Positions 36,663 through 46,463 of a stretch of 64,000 nucleotides of DNA are shown here, piece by piece. The notes beneath the pieces are model-generated. The model had not been told where the DNA came from, ran no database searches, and saw nothing but the letters and a program-made list of their open reading frames with translations. The stretch comes from Vicinamibacteria bacterium. GTDB taxonomy: Bacteria > Acidobacteriota > Vicinamibacteria > Marinacidobacterales > Marinacidobacteraceae. Each line of letters opens with the position of its first letter. Positions within the stretch are counted from its first letter, which is position 1. The stretch lies in assembly GCA_965199715.1 (NCBI GenBank), contig OZ241322.1:2189486-2253485 (forward strand), read 5' to 3'. A program made the position numbers and the translations under genes.

Positions 36663-39497
36663 ATGTTCCGGCGGACGCTTCTCGCGCTGGGGCTTCTCGC
36701 CGGCGGCTGCGGCGAGGAGAGCGCGGCCCGGCGGACCCTCGAGCGGATGGACCTCGAGGAGCGCGTCGGCCAGCTCGTGATGCCGCGGGCGCCGGCGAGC
36801 TTCCGGCACGACGCGGATCCCGAGTGGCGGGAGCTCCTGGATCTCGCCGCCTCCGGCCGAATCGGCGGGGTCGTCGTCTTCGCGGGGACGCCCGAAGGCA
36901 CCCGCGACGTGACCCGGGCGCTCGCCGCCGCTTCCCCCGTCGCGCCGCTCGTCGCCGCCGACTACGAGTGGGGAACGGCGATGCGCACCGAGGGCGGCCT
37001 GCGCTTCCCGCCGGCGCTCCAGGCGGGGGCCGAGCCGGATCCGGACGCGGCGTACCGGCAGGGCGCGATCATCGCGAGGGAGGCGCGGGCCGTCGGCGTG
37101 CACCTCGTGCTGGCCCCGGTGCTGGACGTGCTCCAGTCGCCGGAGAGCGAGGTCATCGGGATCCGCTCCTACGGGGCCGATCCGGCGACCGTCGGCGCGC
37201 TCGGGGCGGCGCTGATCCGGGGGGTGGAGGAGAACGGCGCGCTCGCGACCGCGAAGCACTTCCCCGGCCACGGCGGCACCGCGACCGACAGCCACCACCG
37301 GCTGGCGCAGGTTCCCGCTTCCCGCGAGCATCTCGAACGCCACGACCTCGCGCCCTTCCGCGAGGCGGTCGCCGCCGGGGTCTCGGCGGTGATGCCGGGC
37401 CACCTCGCGGTGCCGGCGCTCGACGGCCGGGCCGACCGACCCGCGATCCTCTCGCCCGAGATCCTCGGGGGTCTGCTGCGCGAGGACATGGGGTTCGCCG
37501 GGCTCGTGGTGAGCGACGCGCTCGAGATGGAGGGGGCGCGCGGCGGCCGGTTCGACGGCGAGGTCGCGGTCGAGGCGGTGGCCGCAGGCGTGGACGTGGT
37601 CCTCGTTCCGAAGGATCCGCTCGTCGCGTTCCAGTCGCTCGTCCGGGGCGTCCGGGAGGGGCGGCTCTCCGAGGAGCGCGTCGCGGAGGCGGCGCTGCGG
37701 GTGCTGGAGGCCAAGGAGCGGCTCGGCCTGCTCGGCGAGCCGGACGCCCCCGACCTGCACCGCTCGTTCGCCGACCCCGCCGACCGGGAGTGGGTCGAGT
37801 CGCTCTTCGGGCGCGGCCTGACGCTCGTGCGCGATCCCGGCGACCTGCTGCCGCTGTCCAGTCCGGCGCTTCTCGTCGAGATCTCGCGGGAGGGGCCGTA
37901 CGAGCCGGACCGCCGCCCGCTGCGCGAGGAGCTTCGGCGGCGCGGCGCCTGGGCGGGCCGCATCCCGACGCTCGCGCACGGAGCGCTCCCGCCCGGCGCG
38001 CTCGAGGAGCGGGCGGCCCGGGCCGACGCGATCCTGCTCGCCGACTATCGCCGGTACGGATACGGCGTTCCGGACGGATTGCTTCAGGCGCTCGCGCCGT
38101 TCGGCGATCGGCTCGTCGCGGTCTCGTTCGGGAACCCGGTCACGCTCTCGGGGCTCCCCGAGGAGGCGGCTATCCTGCTCGCCTGGGACGGCGCCGAGGC
38201 GAGCCAGCGCGCCGCCGCCCGAGGGCTCTTCGGCGAGGCGGACGTGAGCGGGCGGTTGCCGATCCCGTTCGAGTCCCACGCTCTCGGCGAGGGACAGGAC
38301 CAGCCGGCGGTCCGGCAACGGCTCCGGCGAGCGGACCCCGAGGAGGTCGGCATGAGCGCATCGGGCCTCGACGCCGTGCGGCGGGTCGTCCTCGACGCGA
38401 TCGCCGACGGAACCACCCCCGGCGCCAGCGCGATCGTGGTCCGGCGTGGCCGGATCGTGCTTCAGGAGGGCTTCGGGCGGCAGACGTGGGACGCCGGCTC
38501 GCCTGAGATCGCTCCCGACACGATCTACGACCTCGCCTCGCTGACCAAGGTCGTCGGCACGACGACGCTGGTGATGATGCTGGTCGAGGACGGGCTGCTC
38601 GACGTCTCGCTTCCGGTGAGCGCCTACCTCCCCGAGTTCCTCGACCGCGCCCCGTCGGAAGCGGAGCGCGCCCGGCGCGTTCCGGTCACGGTCGCGGACC
38701 TGCTCGCCCACTCGTCGGGGCTGCCCGCGTGGATCCAGTTCTATCTCGAGTTCGATCCCGAGGCTCGCGGGCTTCCGCTCGAGGACGCCCGCCGGATGGT
38801 GCTGGACCGGATCCTCGGCGCGACCTCCGACTACGAGCCGCGCACCGACGCCGTGTATTCGGACAACGGGCTTCTGCTGCTTGGCGAGATCCTCGAGCGG
38901 GTCTCGGGGTCGCGCCTCGACGTCCTGGCGCAGGACCGGATCTTCGGGCCGCTCGGGATGACGGACACCGGCTATCGCCCGGCGGCGGAGCTCCTGCCCC
39001 GGATCGCGCCCACCGAGGACAACCCGTGGCGGGGCCATGTCGTCCACGGGCAGGTCCACGACGAGAACACGGTCGTTCTGGGCGAAGTCGCGGCGCACGC
39101 CGGGCTCTTCAGCACCACCGGCGACCTCGCGACGTTCCTCCAGATGCTCCTCAACGGCGGCGCGATGCGCGGCGAGCGCCTGCTCCGCGCCGACACGATC
39201 GCCCGGTTCACCCGCCGCGCCGGCCTCGTCCCCGGCAGCAGCCGGGCGCTCGGCTGGGACACGCCGTCGGGCGACCGTTCGTCGGCGGGCGGCTTCTTCT
39301 CGGCCTCGTCGTTCGGCCACACCGGCTTCACCGGCACGTCGATCTGGGTGGACCCCGAGCGCGAGCTGTTCGCCGTCCTGCTCACGAACCGGGTGCACCC
39401 GACCCGCGAGAACGACGGAATCTTCCGGCTTCGGCCGTCGTTTCACGACGCGGTCGCCCGCGCCCTCACGGACCACGATCCCGTTCGGCGCGAGTAG
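36663..39497 (+). CDS. Lipoprotein fusing a GH3 beta-N-acetylhexosaminidase (NagZ-like) domain to a class-C beta-lactamase / DD-peptidase (AmpH-like serine hydrolase) domain
   Basis: Lipobox MFRRTLLALGLLAGGCGEE. GH3 motifs (KHFPGHGGTATDSHH, VVSDALEMEG). The C-terminal half has the SxxK active site (ASLTKVVGTT), YSDNG (YxN) and HTGFTGTS (KTG-like) motifs. Confidence 0.85.
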   Translation: MFRRTLLALGLLAGGCGEESAARRTLERMDLEERVGQLVMPRAPASFRHDADPEWRELLDLAASGRIGGVVVFAGTPEGTRDVTRALAAASPVAPLVAADYEWGTAMRTEGGLRFPPALQAGAEPDPDAAYRQGAIIAREARAVGVHLVLAPVLDVLQSPESEVIGIRSYGADPATVGALGAALIRGVEENGALATAKHFPGHGGTATDSHHRLAQVPASREHLERHDLAPFREAVAAGVSAVMPGHLAVPALDGRADRPAILSPEILGGLLREDMGFAGLVVSDALEMEGARGGRFDGEVAVEAVAAGVDVVLVPKDPLVAFQSLVRGVREGRLSEERVAEAALRVLEAKERLGLLGEPDAPDLHRSFADPADREWVESLFGRGLTLVRDPGDLLPLSSPALLVEISREGPYEPDRRPLREELRRRGAWAGRIPTLAHGALPPGALEERAARADAILLADYRRYGYGVPDGLLQALAPFGDRLVAVSFGNPVTLSGLPEEAAILLAWDGAEASQRAAARGLFGEADVSGRLPIPFESHALGEGQDQPAVRQRLRRADPEEVGMSASGLDAVRRVVLDAIADGTTPGASAIVVRRGRIVLQEGFGRQTWDAGSPEIAPDTIYDLASLTKVVGTTTLVMMLVEDGLLDVSLPVSAYLPEFLDRAPSEAERARRVPVTVADLLAHSSGLPAWIQFYLEFDPEARGLPLEDARRMVLDRILGATSDYEPRTDAVYSDNGLLLLGEILERVSGSRLDVLAQDRIFGPLGMTDTGYRPAAELLPRIAPTEDNPWRGHVVHGQVHDENTVVLGEVAAHAGLFSTTGDLATFLQMLLNGGAMRGERLLRADTIARFTRRAGLVPGSSRALGWDTPSGDRSSAGGFFSASSFGHTGFTGTSIWVDPERELFAVLLTNRVHPTRENDGIFRLRPSFHDAVARALTDHDPVRRE

Positions 39498-39639
39498 CGG
39501 CGGGCGTTTCGACTCTCGCGGCTCCAGCGGGGACGCCGCCCTGAGCGCCGGAAACGCATGATCCTCTGCCCTCGAATGGACTTCCCGCGCCGCGACCGGC
39601 GTCGATGCGGCTCCGCGCGAACCTCGGAGGAGACCAGTC

Positions 39640-41533
39640 ATGAGACATGCGCGCACGTTCCTGGCCGCCTTGGCGGCGCTCGCCGGCGGCGGTAACGGAC
39701 CGTCGGTCGCCCCCACCCCGACGGCGCCCCCGGCGCGGCATCGGACTTCGAGGCGCGGGGCGGCCCCGGCTACGTCGAGTGGACGTGGAGCGGGACGTCC
39801 AGCGACGGCTGGCAGGTCGAGTACAGCGTCGGCGCGGACTTCGAGCCGGGCGCGAACGCGGAGGTCGTCACAAGCCCGAGCTTCCGCATCGACGGCCTGA
39901 AAGAGGACGACGCGGCGCACGCCCGGGTGCGCGTCGCGGACGGCGCGGTCTCCGACGTCGTGCGCGCGACGGCGTTGAAGCCGCCCGAGCCGATCGCGGC
40001 TCCGGTGCACTTTCAGGTCACGGACGACACGGTGACGTGGACCGCGGTGGAGAACGCGTTGAGCTACGAGGTGCTGGTCCGGACCGAGGGCGGAACGTGG
40101 CTCGTCGTGGCGTGCGGCGGGGACGGGACCGTCACTCGGTGCGCCGCGATCGGGCTGGCGTGGGGCGATTCCTTCGAGACGCGGGTGCGGGCGAATCCCG
40201 ATCCTGCGGACGAGGCCCAAGCCTCGAGCACGTGGACTGCCACCCCCGCGGCGACCACGGAGGAGGAAGCAGGCGGCGCAAGCTTCCGGCAGGGAGAAGA
40301 GGAAGACACGAGTCCGCTGAAGGCGCCGCACCAGTTCAATTTCACGACTTCCGACTTGAGCCGGACGACCTTCCTGGTCACGTAGAACTGGAGCCGGGGC
40401 GCGGAGACGTACGAGCTGCGATACCGCGCCAGCGGCGCCGCGGAATGGGTGAGCGGCGCCTGCGCCCATCCCACGTCGGAGGCGTGCGTGGTGACGGGCC
40501 TGACCGACGGGAACGACCACGAAGAGCAGGTCAGCTCGATTCCGCCGGCCTCGTCCTCGCGGCAGCCGAGCGAATGGGGCGAGAGCTCCGTCACGACCCC
40601 CGAGGACACGGGCCCGGTCCAGCTCGCCAAGCCGACTCGGGTTCTCGCCTCGACCACGAGCGCCACGAGCGTGTGGTTCGTCTGGAACCCCGTGGATGCG
40701 GCCGCGATCCACGAGGTGCAGGGAAAGCGCGTCAGCGCGTCCTCGTGGGACGACATGACCTGCACCGGGGACTCCCGCGACACCCCGTGCAATGTCACGG
40801 GACTCTCCCTCCCGCCAGCAGTACGACTTCCGGGTGCGGGGGGCCCGATCCGAACGACGCGAACCTGTCCATCGGGGCGTGGAGCGACACGCTGACCGCC
40901 ACGACCAAGGGCGGCGGAACGGGGACCGGCGCGCTTCCCGCGCCCACCGGCCTGACCGGTTCGTGGAACGTCGCCGTCCCGAGGTCCCTCTTCCTCGCGT
41001 GGAAGCCGGTGGAGAACGCGGTCACGTACGACGTGCAGCACACGCAGATCGGAGTGACCGGCTGCATCAACGAATGCTCCGGGACGACCCGGATGGGCTG
41101 CACGATCGACGGTCCGGCGCGGGCGGCGCTGCGCGAGATCCGCGTGCGGGCGCACCCGGCCTCGAGCGACACGGACCGTTCCACGAGCGACTGGTCCGCG
41201 GGGATCTTCCTTTCGACTCCCTCGGATCCGGGCCCTCCGCGCCTCGGGACTCCGACCGGCTTCAACTCGTCCAACACGGACGCGACCACCGTCTCGCTCA
41301 CCTGGACTCCGGCGTTCGACATCGGTCAGCGGACCTACGAGGTGCGGCTCAAGGCCAGCGGCGGCGACTGGGAGGCCTCGGGTTGCGGCGCGACCGCCAG
41401 CTTCTTCTGCGACGTCACCGGCCTGACCCCCGCGACGGAATACTCGGCGCGCGTCCGGTCGGTTCCGAATTCCGACGAGTTCCGCACGAGCGACTGGAGC
41501 ACGGAAATCAGCTTCACGACATTGAGGCGGTGA
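39640..41533 (+). pseudogene. Tandem fibronectin-type-III-repeat lipoprotein disrupted by at least 3 frameshifts and 1 in-frame amber codon
   Basis: Signal peptide MRHARTFLAALAALAGGGNG. FN3-like modules are readable only by hopping across ORFs 39640..39900, 39927..40385, 40449..40895, 40792..41541 and 39647..41533 (e.g. VTDDTVTWTAVENALSYEVLVRTEGG, NWSRGAETYELRYRASG, PCNVTGLS...YDFRVRG, TYEVRLKASGGDWEASGCGATASFFCDVTGLTPATEYSARVRS). TAG at ~40384 sits inside a module. The frameshifts coincide with C5 and G6-7 runs. Confidence 0.6.
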
Positions 41534-41617
41534 CCTCCTGAGGCCGGGGCCTGGACAGCGACGTCAGTTCGAGCGATTGGGTCCAGGTGAACTTATCGGC
41601 CGCGAACTAGCGCCGCG

Positions 41618-41646
41618 GCGCCCTCCGCCTCTGTTGCGGAGGGCGC
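41618..41646 (+). terminator. GC-rich hairpin (11-bp stem GCGCCCTCCGC / GCGGAGGGCGC, 7-nt loop) downstream of the FN3 locus
   Basis: Perfect inverted repeat read in sequence, with no U-tract. This is plausibly an intrinsic-type terminator or mRNA-stabilising hairpin for a high-GC genome. Confidence 0.35.
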
Positions 41647-41689
41647 TCCCTATCCCCTACGATTTCCGGGCGTTCCTCCCGGAGGCCCC

Positions 41690-42883
41690 ATGAGAGATTT
41701 CAGGAAATTCGTCCCTTCCGCGGTTCTCGCGGCCGCGTTCGTCGGCTTCGGCTGCCAGCCGCCCGCCGAGGACGCCGGCGGCGACATGGACATGATGGAC
41801 CACGGCGGAATGCCGGACTACCACCCGGATCCGACCTGGCCGCTTCTGCCCTCGGACTGGCTGATCGGCGAGGTCTCGGGCATCGCGGTCGATCAGCACG
41901 ACAACATCTGGATCATTCAGCGGCCCCGCACGCTCAACGCCGACGAGGCCGGCCTCGCGCAGGATCCGCCGCTCACCGCGTGCTGCAACCCGGCGCCGCC
42001 CGTCCTCAAGTTCGACGTGGAAGGACACCTGCTCGACAGTTGGGGCGGCGCGAACGGGTACCCGGGCGAGGGTTACGAATGGCCCGCGAGTGAGCACGGC
42101 ATCTTCGTGGACCACAACGACAACGTCTGGGTCGGCGGCAACGGTCCGGACGACCATCAGGTCATCAAGTTCAGCAACGACGGGACGTTCCTCATGCAGA
42201 TCGGCCAAGCCGGCATGACCGAGGGCAGCAACAGCACCCAGTATCTCGGCCGCCCCGCCGACATCGAGGTGGACCCCGAGACGAATGAGGCCTACATCGC
42301 CGACGGCTACCTGAACAAGCGGGTCGTGGTGTTCGACGGGGACACCGGCGAGTACAAGCGCCACTGGGGCGCCTACGGCAACATGCCGTCCGACGACGAC
42401 ACCGGCGGGTTCGAGCCGGGCATGGAGCCGATCGACCAGTTCCGGACCCCGCTCCACGCGGTGCGCGTCGCCCGCGACGGCATGGTCTATGTCGCCGACC
42501 GGGTGAACAACCGCATCCAGATCTTCCAGAAGGACGGCACCTACGTGGACGAGCTGATCGTCGAGGGCAACACGCTCGGCAACGGCTCCACCTGGGACCT
42601 CGAGCTCTCGCACGACGACGCGCAGCAGCACCTGTTCAACGCGGACGGCGCGAACCAGCGCATCCACGTGATCGAGCGCGCCGACATGGAGGTCCTCGGC
42701 CACTTCGGGCGCCGGGGACGGCTCTCCGGGCAGTTCCACTGGGTCCACAACCTCGTCGTGGATTCCATGGGCAACATGTACACGGCCGAGGTGAACCAGG
42801 GCCGCCGGGCGCAGAAGTTCGTCCTCACGTTCGGCCACGATCACAGCGGCGACCCCCACGGCCACGAGGGTCACGGCCACTGA
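41690..42883 (+). CDS. NHL-repeat beta-propeller lipoprotein with C-terminal His-rich tail
   Basis: Lipobox AAAFVGFGCQ. NHL-type repeats (GIAVDQHDNIWI, GIFVDHNDNVWV, ADIEVDPETNEAYIAD, HAVRVARDGMVYVADRVNNRIQIF). C-terminus HDHSGDPHGHEGHGH. Confidence 0.75.
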   Translation: MRDFRKFVPSAVLAAAFVGFGCQPPAEDAGGDMDMMDHGGMPDYHPDPTWPLLPSDWLIGEVSGIAVDQHDNIWIIQRPRTLNADEAGLAQDPPLTACCNPAPPVLKFDVEGHLLDSWGGANGYPGEGYEWPASEHGIFVDHNDNVWVGGNGPDDHQVIKFSNDGTFLMQIGQAGMTEGSNSTQYLGRPADIEVDPETNEAYIADGYLNKRVVVFDGDTGEYKRHWGAYGNMPSDDDTGGFEPGMEPIDQFRTPLHAVRVARDGMVYVADRVNNRIQIFQKDGTYVDELIVEGNTLGNGSTWDLELSHDDAQQHLFNADGANQRIHVIERADMEVLGHFGRRGRLSGQFHWVHNLVVDSMGNMYTAEVNQGRRAQKFVLTFGHDHSGDPHGHEGHGH

Positions 42884-43046
42884 GCCCCGGACCGGAGCCC
42901 GTCGCCGCGGGCTCCGGTCGCTCGCCTTCGCGCTGATCGCGGCGGTAGCGCCGGTCGTTCCGGCGGCGGCGCACGACATCCCGGACGAGATCCGGGTTCC
43001 GGTCTTCATCCGCGACGTCGGGGACGAGAAGCACCTCGTCGCCCGG

Positions 43047-44192
43047 GTGCCGCTGCTCCTGCTGCTCTCGCTGGACGTCCCCAAGCGCGGCGCGGGATTC
43101 CTCGACCTCGAGCGCGCCGGCTCGTCGCTGCGGCGGGGAGCGGAGGCGTTCGCCCGGGAGGCGCCGCTTTTCGACCCGGACGGCGGCCTCCTTCCGTGGA
43201 CCCTCCACGAAGTGCGGGTGGCGCTGCCGTGGGACCGGTCGTTCACGTCGTTCGACGCGGCGCTCGCGAAGGTCCGCTCGGGGCCGCTGTCCGCCGACGA
43301 CCAGGTCTTCTGGAACCAGGGCTTCCTCGACCTCCACCTGAGCTACCCCAATCCCGACGGCAGCGTCTCGGTCGAATGCAACGTGGCTCCCGGATTCGGG
43401 GAGCGAGTGGCGCTCGACGTCATCCACGAGCGGCCGGGCGACGACGGCGAGACCGAGAGCCGGCTCTACCACGTGAGCGTCCGCGAGGGTCGGGTGGTGC
43501 TGGACCCGTCCAGCCTCCAGGCGGCCCGGTATTTCTTCCGGTCCGGCGTGGAGCACATCCTCACCGGCTGGGACCACCTGCTGTTCCTCGGGTGCCTCAT
43601 CGCCCCCTTCGGGCGCCTGGACATGCTGCGGAAGCTGCTGCTGGTAGTGACCGGATTCACGGTCGCCCACTCGGTGACGCTGGTCTCGGCGGCGCTCGGA
43701 CACGCTCCGGCGGCGCTTTGGTTCACCCCGCTCGTGGAGGCCGTGGTCGCGCTGTCGATCCTCTACACCGCGGTCGAGAACTTCTTCGACGTGGGCGCGT
43801 TGCGCCGGGCGCTGCTCGCGCTCGCGTTCGGGCTCTTCCACGGGTTCGGCTTCGCCTTCGCGCTCGGCGAGTCGCTGACCTTCGCCGGCGAGCACGTCCC
43901 GCTCGCGCTCTTCTCGTTCAACCTCGGCGTCGAGGCGGGACAGGTGGCGGTGGTGCTGGCGCTCGTGCCGCTGCTCAGCCTCGCTTCGCGATACCGCCGG
44001 CCGGCGACGCTCGTCTTCTCGGTCTTCGCCGGCCATGTCGCGTTGCACCTCGCCGGAGACCGGCTCGGCGAGCTGCAGGTCGCGTGGAGCCTCGCGGGGA
44101 ACCCGCCGCCGGAGTGGTCGTGGTTCCTGTGGCCGCTCGCGGCGGCCGGAGCGGCCGGCTGGATCCTCGTCTGGCGGCGCCGAGCCGCCTGA
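43047..44192 (+). CDS. HupE/UreJ-family (Ni/Co-binding) membrane protein; true start probably ~150 nt upstream
   Basis: Hydrophobic HupE-like C-terminal domain with conserved His (AHSV, FHGFGFAFALGE, GHVALHL). Upstream in-frame sequence encodes a signal peptide ending AAA|HDIPDE (N-terminal His of mature HupE proteins), but no ATG/GTG/TTG exists between the NHL gene stop and 43047. Confidence 0.65.
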   Translation: MPLLLLLSLDVPKRGAGFLDLERAGSSLRRGAEAFAREAPLFDPDGGLLPWTLHEVRVALPWDRSFTSFDAALAKVRSGPLSADDQVFWNQGFLDLHLSYPNPDGSVSVECNVAPGFGERVALDVIHERPGDDGETESRLYHVSVREGRVVLDPSSLQAARYFFRSGVEHILTGWDHLLFLGCLIAPFGRLDMLRKLLLVVTGFTVAHSVTLVSAALGHAPAALWFTPLVEAVVALSILYTAVENFFDVGALRRALLALAFGLFHGFGFAFALGESLTFAGEHVPLALFSFNLGVEAGQVAVVLALVPLLSLASRYRRPATLVFSVFAGHVALHLAGDRLGELQVAWSLAGNPPPEWSWFLWPLAAAGAAGWILVWRRRAA

Positions 44193-44220
44193 GCGGCGCT
44201 GCTAGCCTTCCGCCCGCACC

Positions 44221-45267
44221 ATGCACGTCGAACGAGTCCAGCGATCCCGCCTCCCCGAGGTGGATCTCGCGAACGTGGATTTCGGTCGGGTGTACAGCGA
44301 CCACATGCTGGAGGCGACGTTCCGCGACGGCGCCTGGGAGGAGCCGCGCATCGTCCCGTTCGGGAACCTGGAGCTCCATCCGGCGACCGCGGTGTTCCAC
44401 TACGCGCAGGCGATCTTCGAGGGCATGAAGGCGCACCTCACCGACGACGGCGAGCCGGTGCTGTTCCGCCCGAGGGAGAACTGGCTGCGGATGAACCGCT
44501 CGGCCCGGCGGATGGTCATGGAGGAGATCCCCGAATCGGTGTTCCTCGACGGGCTGCGCGAGCTGGTTCGCGCGGACCGCGGCTGGATTCCGCCGAACCG
44601 GCACGGCTCGCTGTATCTGCGGCCCTTCCTGTTCGCGTCGGTGCCGTGGATCGGCGTGGGGCCGTCGGGGGAGTACCGGTTCCTCGTCATCTCGGCCCCG
44701 GTCGGGGCCTACTACTCGGGCGCGGTGCGGCTGTTCGTCACCCGGCGCTGGATCCGCGCCGCCGAGGGCGGGATCGGCGAAGCGAAGGCCGCCGGCAACT
44801 ACTCGGCCAGCTACTACGGCATGAAGGAGGCCCGCGAGCATGGCTGCGACAACGTCATGTGGCTGGACGCGAAGGAGCACCGATACGTCGAGGAGTGCGG
44901 CACGATGAACATGATGTTCGTCCTCGGCGACCGGGTCGTGACGCCGAGCCTCGGAGGGACGATCCTGCCGGGGATCACCCGCGACAGCGCGATGCGCATC
45001 CTCCGGGAGCAGATGGGCGTGGAGGTGGAGGAGCGCCCGATCTCGATCGAGGAGGTGGCGGAAGCGGGGGCGGCGGGGACGCTGCGCGAGTGCTTCGGCG
45101 TCGGAACGGCGGCGGTCGTGACTGCGGTCTCGGCGCTCGTCGGCGGCGGCTGCGACGTAGCCGTGCCCGATCCCGGCCCGATCCAGCGCGAGCTCCGGCA
45201 GCGGCTCACCGACATCCGCCTCGGGCGCGCGCCCGATCCCTGGGGTTGGGTGGAACGGCTCGGCTAG
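44221..45267 (+). CDS. ilvE: Branched-chain amino acid aminotransferase
   Basis: 348 aa class-IV aminotransferase pattern (FEGMKAH, GSLYLRPFLFA, EAKAAGNYSASYYGMKEAREHGCDNVMWLD, ECGTMNMMFV, LPGITRDS). Confidence 0.9.
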   Translation: MHVERVQRSRLPEVDLANVDFGRVYSDHMLEATFRDGAWEEPRIVPFGNLELHPATAVFHYAQAIFEGMKAHLTDDGEPVLFRPRENWLRMNRSARRMVMEEIPESVFLDGLRELVRADRGWIPPNRHGSLYLRPFLFASVPWIGVGPSGEYRFLVISAPVGAYYSGAVRLFVTRRWIRAAEGGIGEAKAAGNYSASYYGMKEAREHGCDNVMWLDAKEHRYVEECGTMNMMFVLGDRVVTPSLGGTILPGITRDSAMRILREQMGVEVEERPISIEEVAEAGAAGTLRECFGVGTAAVVTAVSALVGGGCDVAVPDPGPIQRELRQRLTDIRLGRAPDPWGWVERLG

Positions 45268-46463
45268 CGGCGGCGCTCGCGCTCGCCGCGGCCTGCGCCC
45301 CCGCCGAGTCCCCGGTTCCCGGCCTCGACCGGATCGTCCGGGAAGGGCCGGGAGACCTCGAGGGCCTTCGGGTCGGGCTGATCTCGAACCACACCGGGCG
45401 CACGCGGGACGGCGTTCCGGCGGCGCGGGCCCTTCTCGACGCGGGCGTGGAGGTGCGGGTGCTGTTCGGCCCCGAGCACGGGTTCTCCGGAGCCGTCGCG
45501 GCGGGCGACGACGTGGAGTCGGGCCGCGACCCGGGCACCGGCCTGCCCATCGTCAGCCTCTACGGCGCGGAGTTCGCGCCCGATCCGGAGACGCTCGCCG
45601 GCCTCGACGCGCTGGTCTTCGATATCCAGGACGTCGGGGTTCGTTTCTACACCTACATTTCGACGCTGCGCCTCGCGCTCGGGGCCGCGGGCGAGGCCGG
45701 CCTTGGGTTCTGGGTGCTCGACCGCCCGAACCCGAACCGGGGCGACCGGGTCGAGGGGCCGATGCTGGACCCCGCGTTCCGCTCCTTCGTCGGCGCGGAC
45801 CGGCTCCCGCTGCTCCACGGGATGACCGTGGGCGAACTGGCGCTTCTCTTCGGCCATCGCCTCGGCCTCGGCGACTCCGTCCGGGTCGTGCCGGTCGCGA
45901 ACCTGGCGCGGGCGACCCCGTGGGGCGACGCGCCGTGGAACCCGACCTCGCCGAACGTCCCGACGCTGCACGCGGCGCAGGTCTATCCGGCGTTCGGCCT
46001 CTTCGAGGGAGTGGCTCTCTCCGAGGGGCGCGGCACGGCGACGCCCTTCGAGCTCGTCGGCGCGCCGTGGGCGGACCCGGCTCGCTGGCTCGCGAACCTC
46101 GGCGCCGTCCCCGGACTGCGCCTCGAGCCCGCGTCGTTCACGCCGAGGCCTTCCGCCGCCGCGCCCCGTCCCCGGTTCGCCGGCGAGGAAGTCCACGGCC
46201 TGCGGATCGCGCTCGAGGACCTGGACGCCTTCCGCCCGGTTCGGGCCGGCCTCGCCGCCATCGAAGCGGTCCGCGCCGCGCACCCGGACGAGTTCGGCTG
46301 GCGCGAGACCGAGCGCGGCTTCTGGATCGACCGGCTTCTTGGAACCGACCGCATCCGGATGGGGATCGAGGCGGGGGTTCCGGTCTCCCGGCTCATGGAC
46401 CCGGAGGCTCCCGCGGTGGAGGCGTTCCTCGAGGAGCGCCGCCCGTTTCTCCTGTATCCGTGA
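45246..46463 (+). CDS. DUF1343-family lipoprotein (exo-beta-N-acetylmuramidase NamZ-like)
   Basis: TTG start 19 nt before the ilvE stop gives MGGTARLAAALALAAACAPAE (lipobox). DUF1343 blocks (GLISNHTGRTRDG, VLFGPEHGF, DALVFDIQDVGVRFYTYISTL, FWVLDRPNPNRGD). Confidence 0.7.
   Translation: MGGTARLAAALALAAACAPAESPVPGLDRIVREGPGDLEGLRVGLISNHTGRTRDGVPAARALLDAGVEVRVLFGPEHGFSGAVAAGDDVESGRDPGTGLPIVSLYGAEFAPDPETLAGLDALVFDIQDVGVRFYTYISTLRLALGAAGEAGLGFWVLDRPNPNRGDRVEGPMLDPAFRSFVGADRLPLLHGMTVGELALLFGHRLGLGDSVRVVPVANLARATPWGDAPWNPTSPNVPTLHAAQVYPAFGLFEGVALSEGRGTATPFELVGAPWADPARWLANLGAVPGLRLEPASFTPRPSAAAPRPRFAGEEVHGLRIALEDLDAFRPVRAGLAAIEAVRAAHPDEFGWRETERGFWIDRLLGTDRIRMGIEAGVPVSRLMDPEAPAVEAFLEERRPFLLYP

Noticed and set aside
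36824-38506. 560-aa plus-strand ORF inside the nagZ-bla fusion in another frame
   Set aside because: Pure Arg/Gly/Ala repeats; the in-frame GH3/beta-lactamase reading is unambiguous.
31315-40712. Bulk of the 3285-aa minus-strand ORF 30855..40712 and plus-strand ORF 32399..36304 (1301 aa)
   Set aside because: Antisense or alternate frames of the addAB fusion and nagZ-bla genes. Only the final ~153 codons (30855..31314) were kept as a candidate coupled gene.
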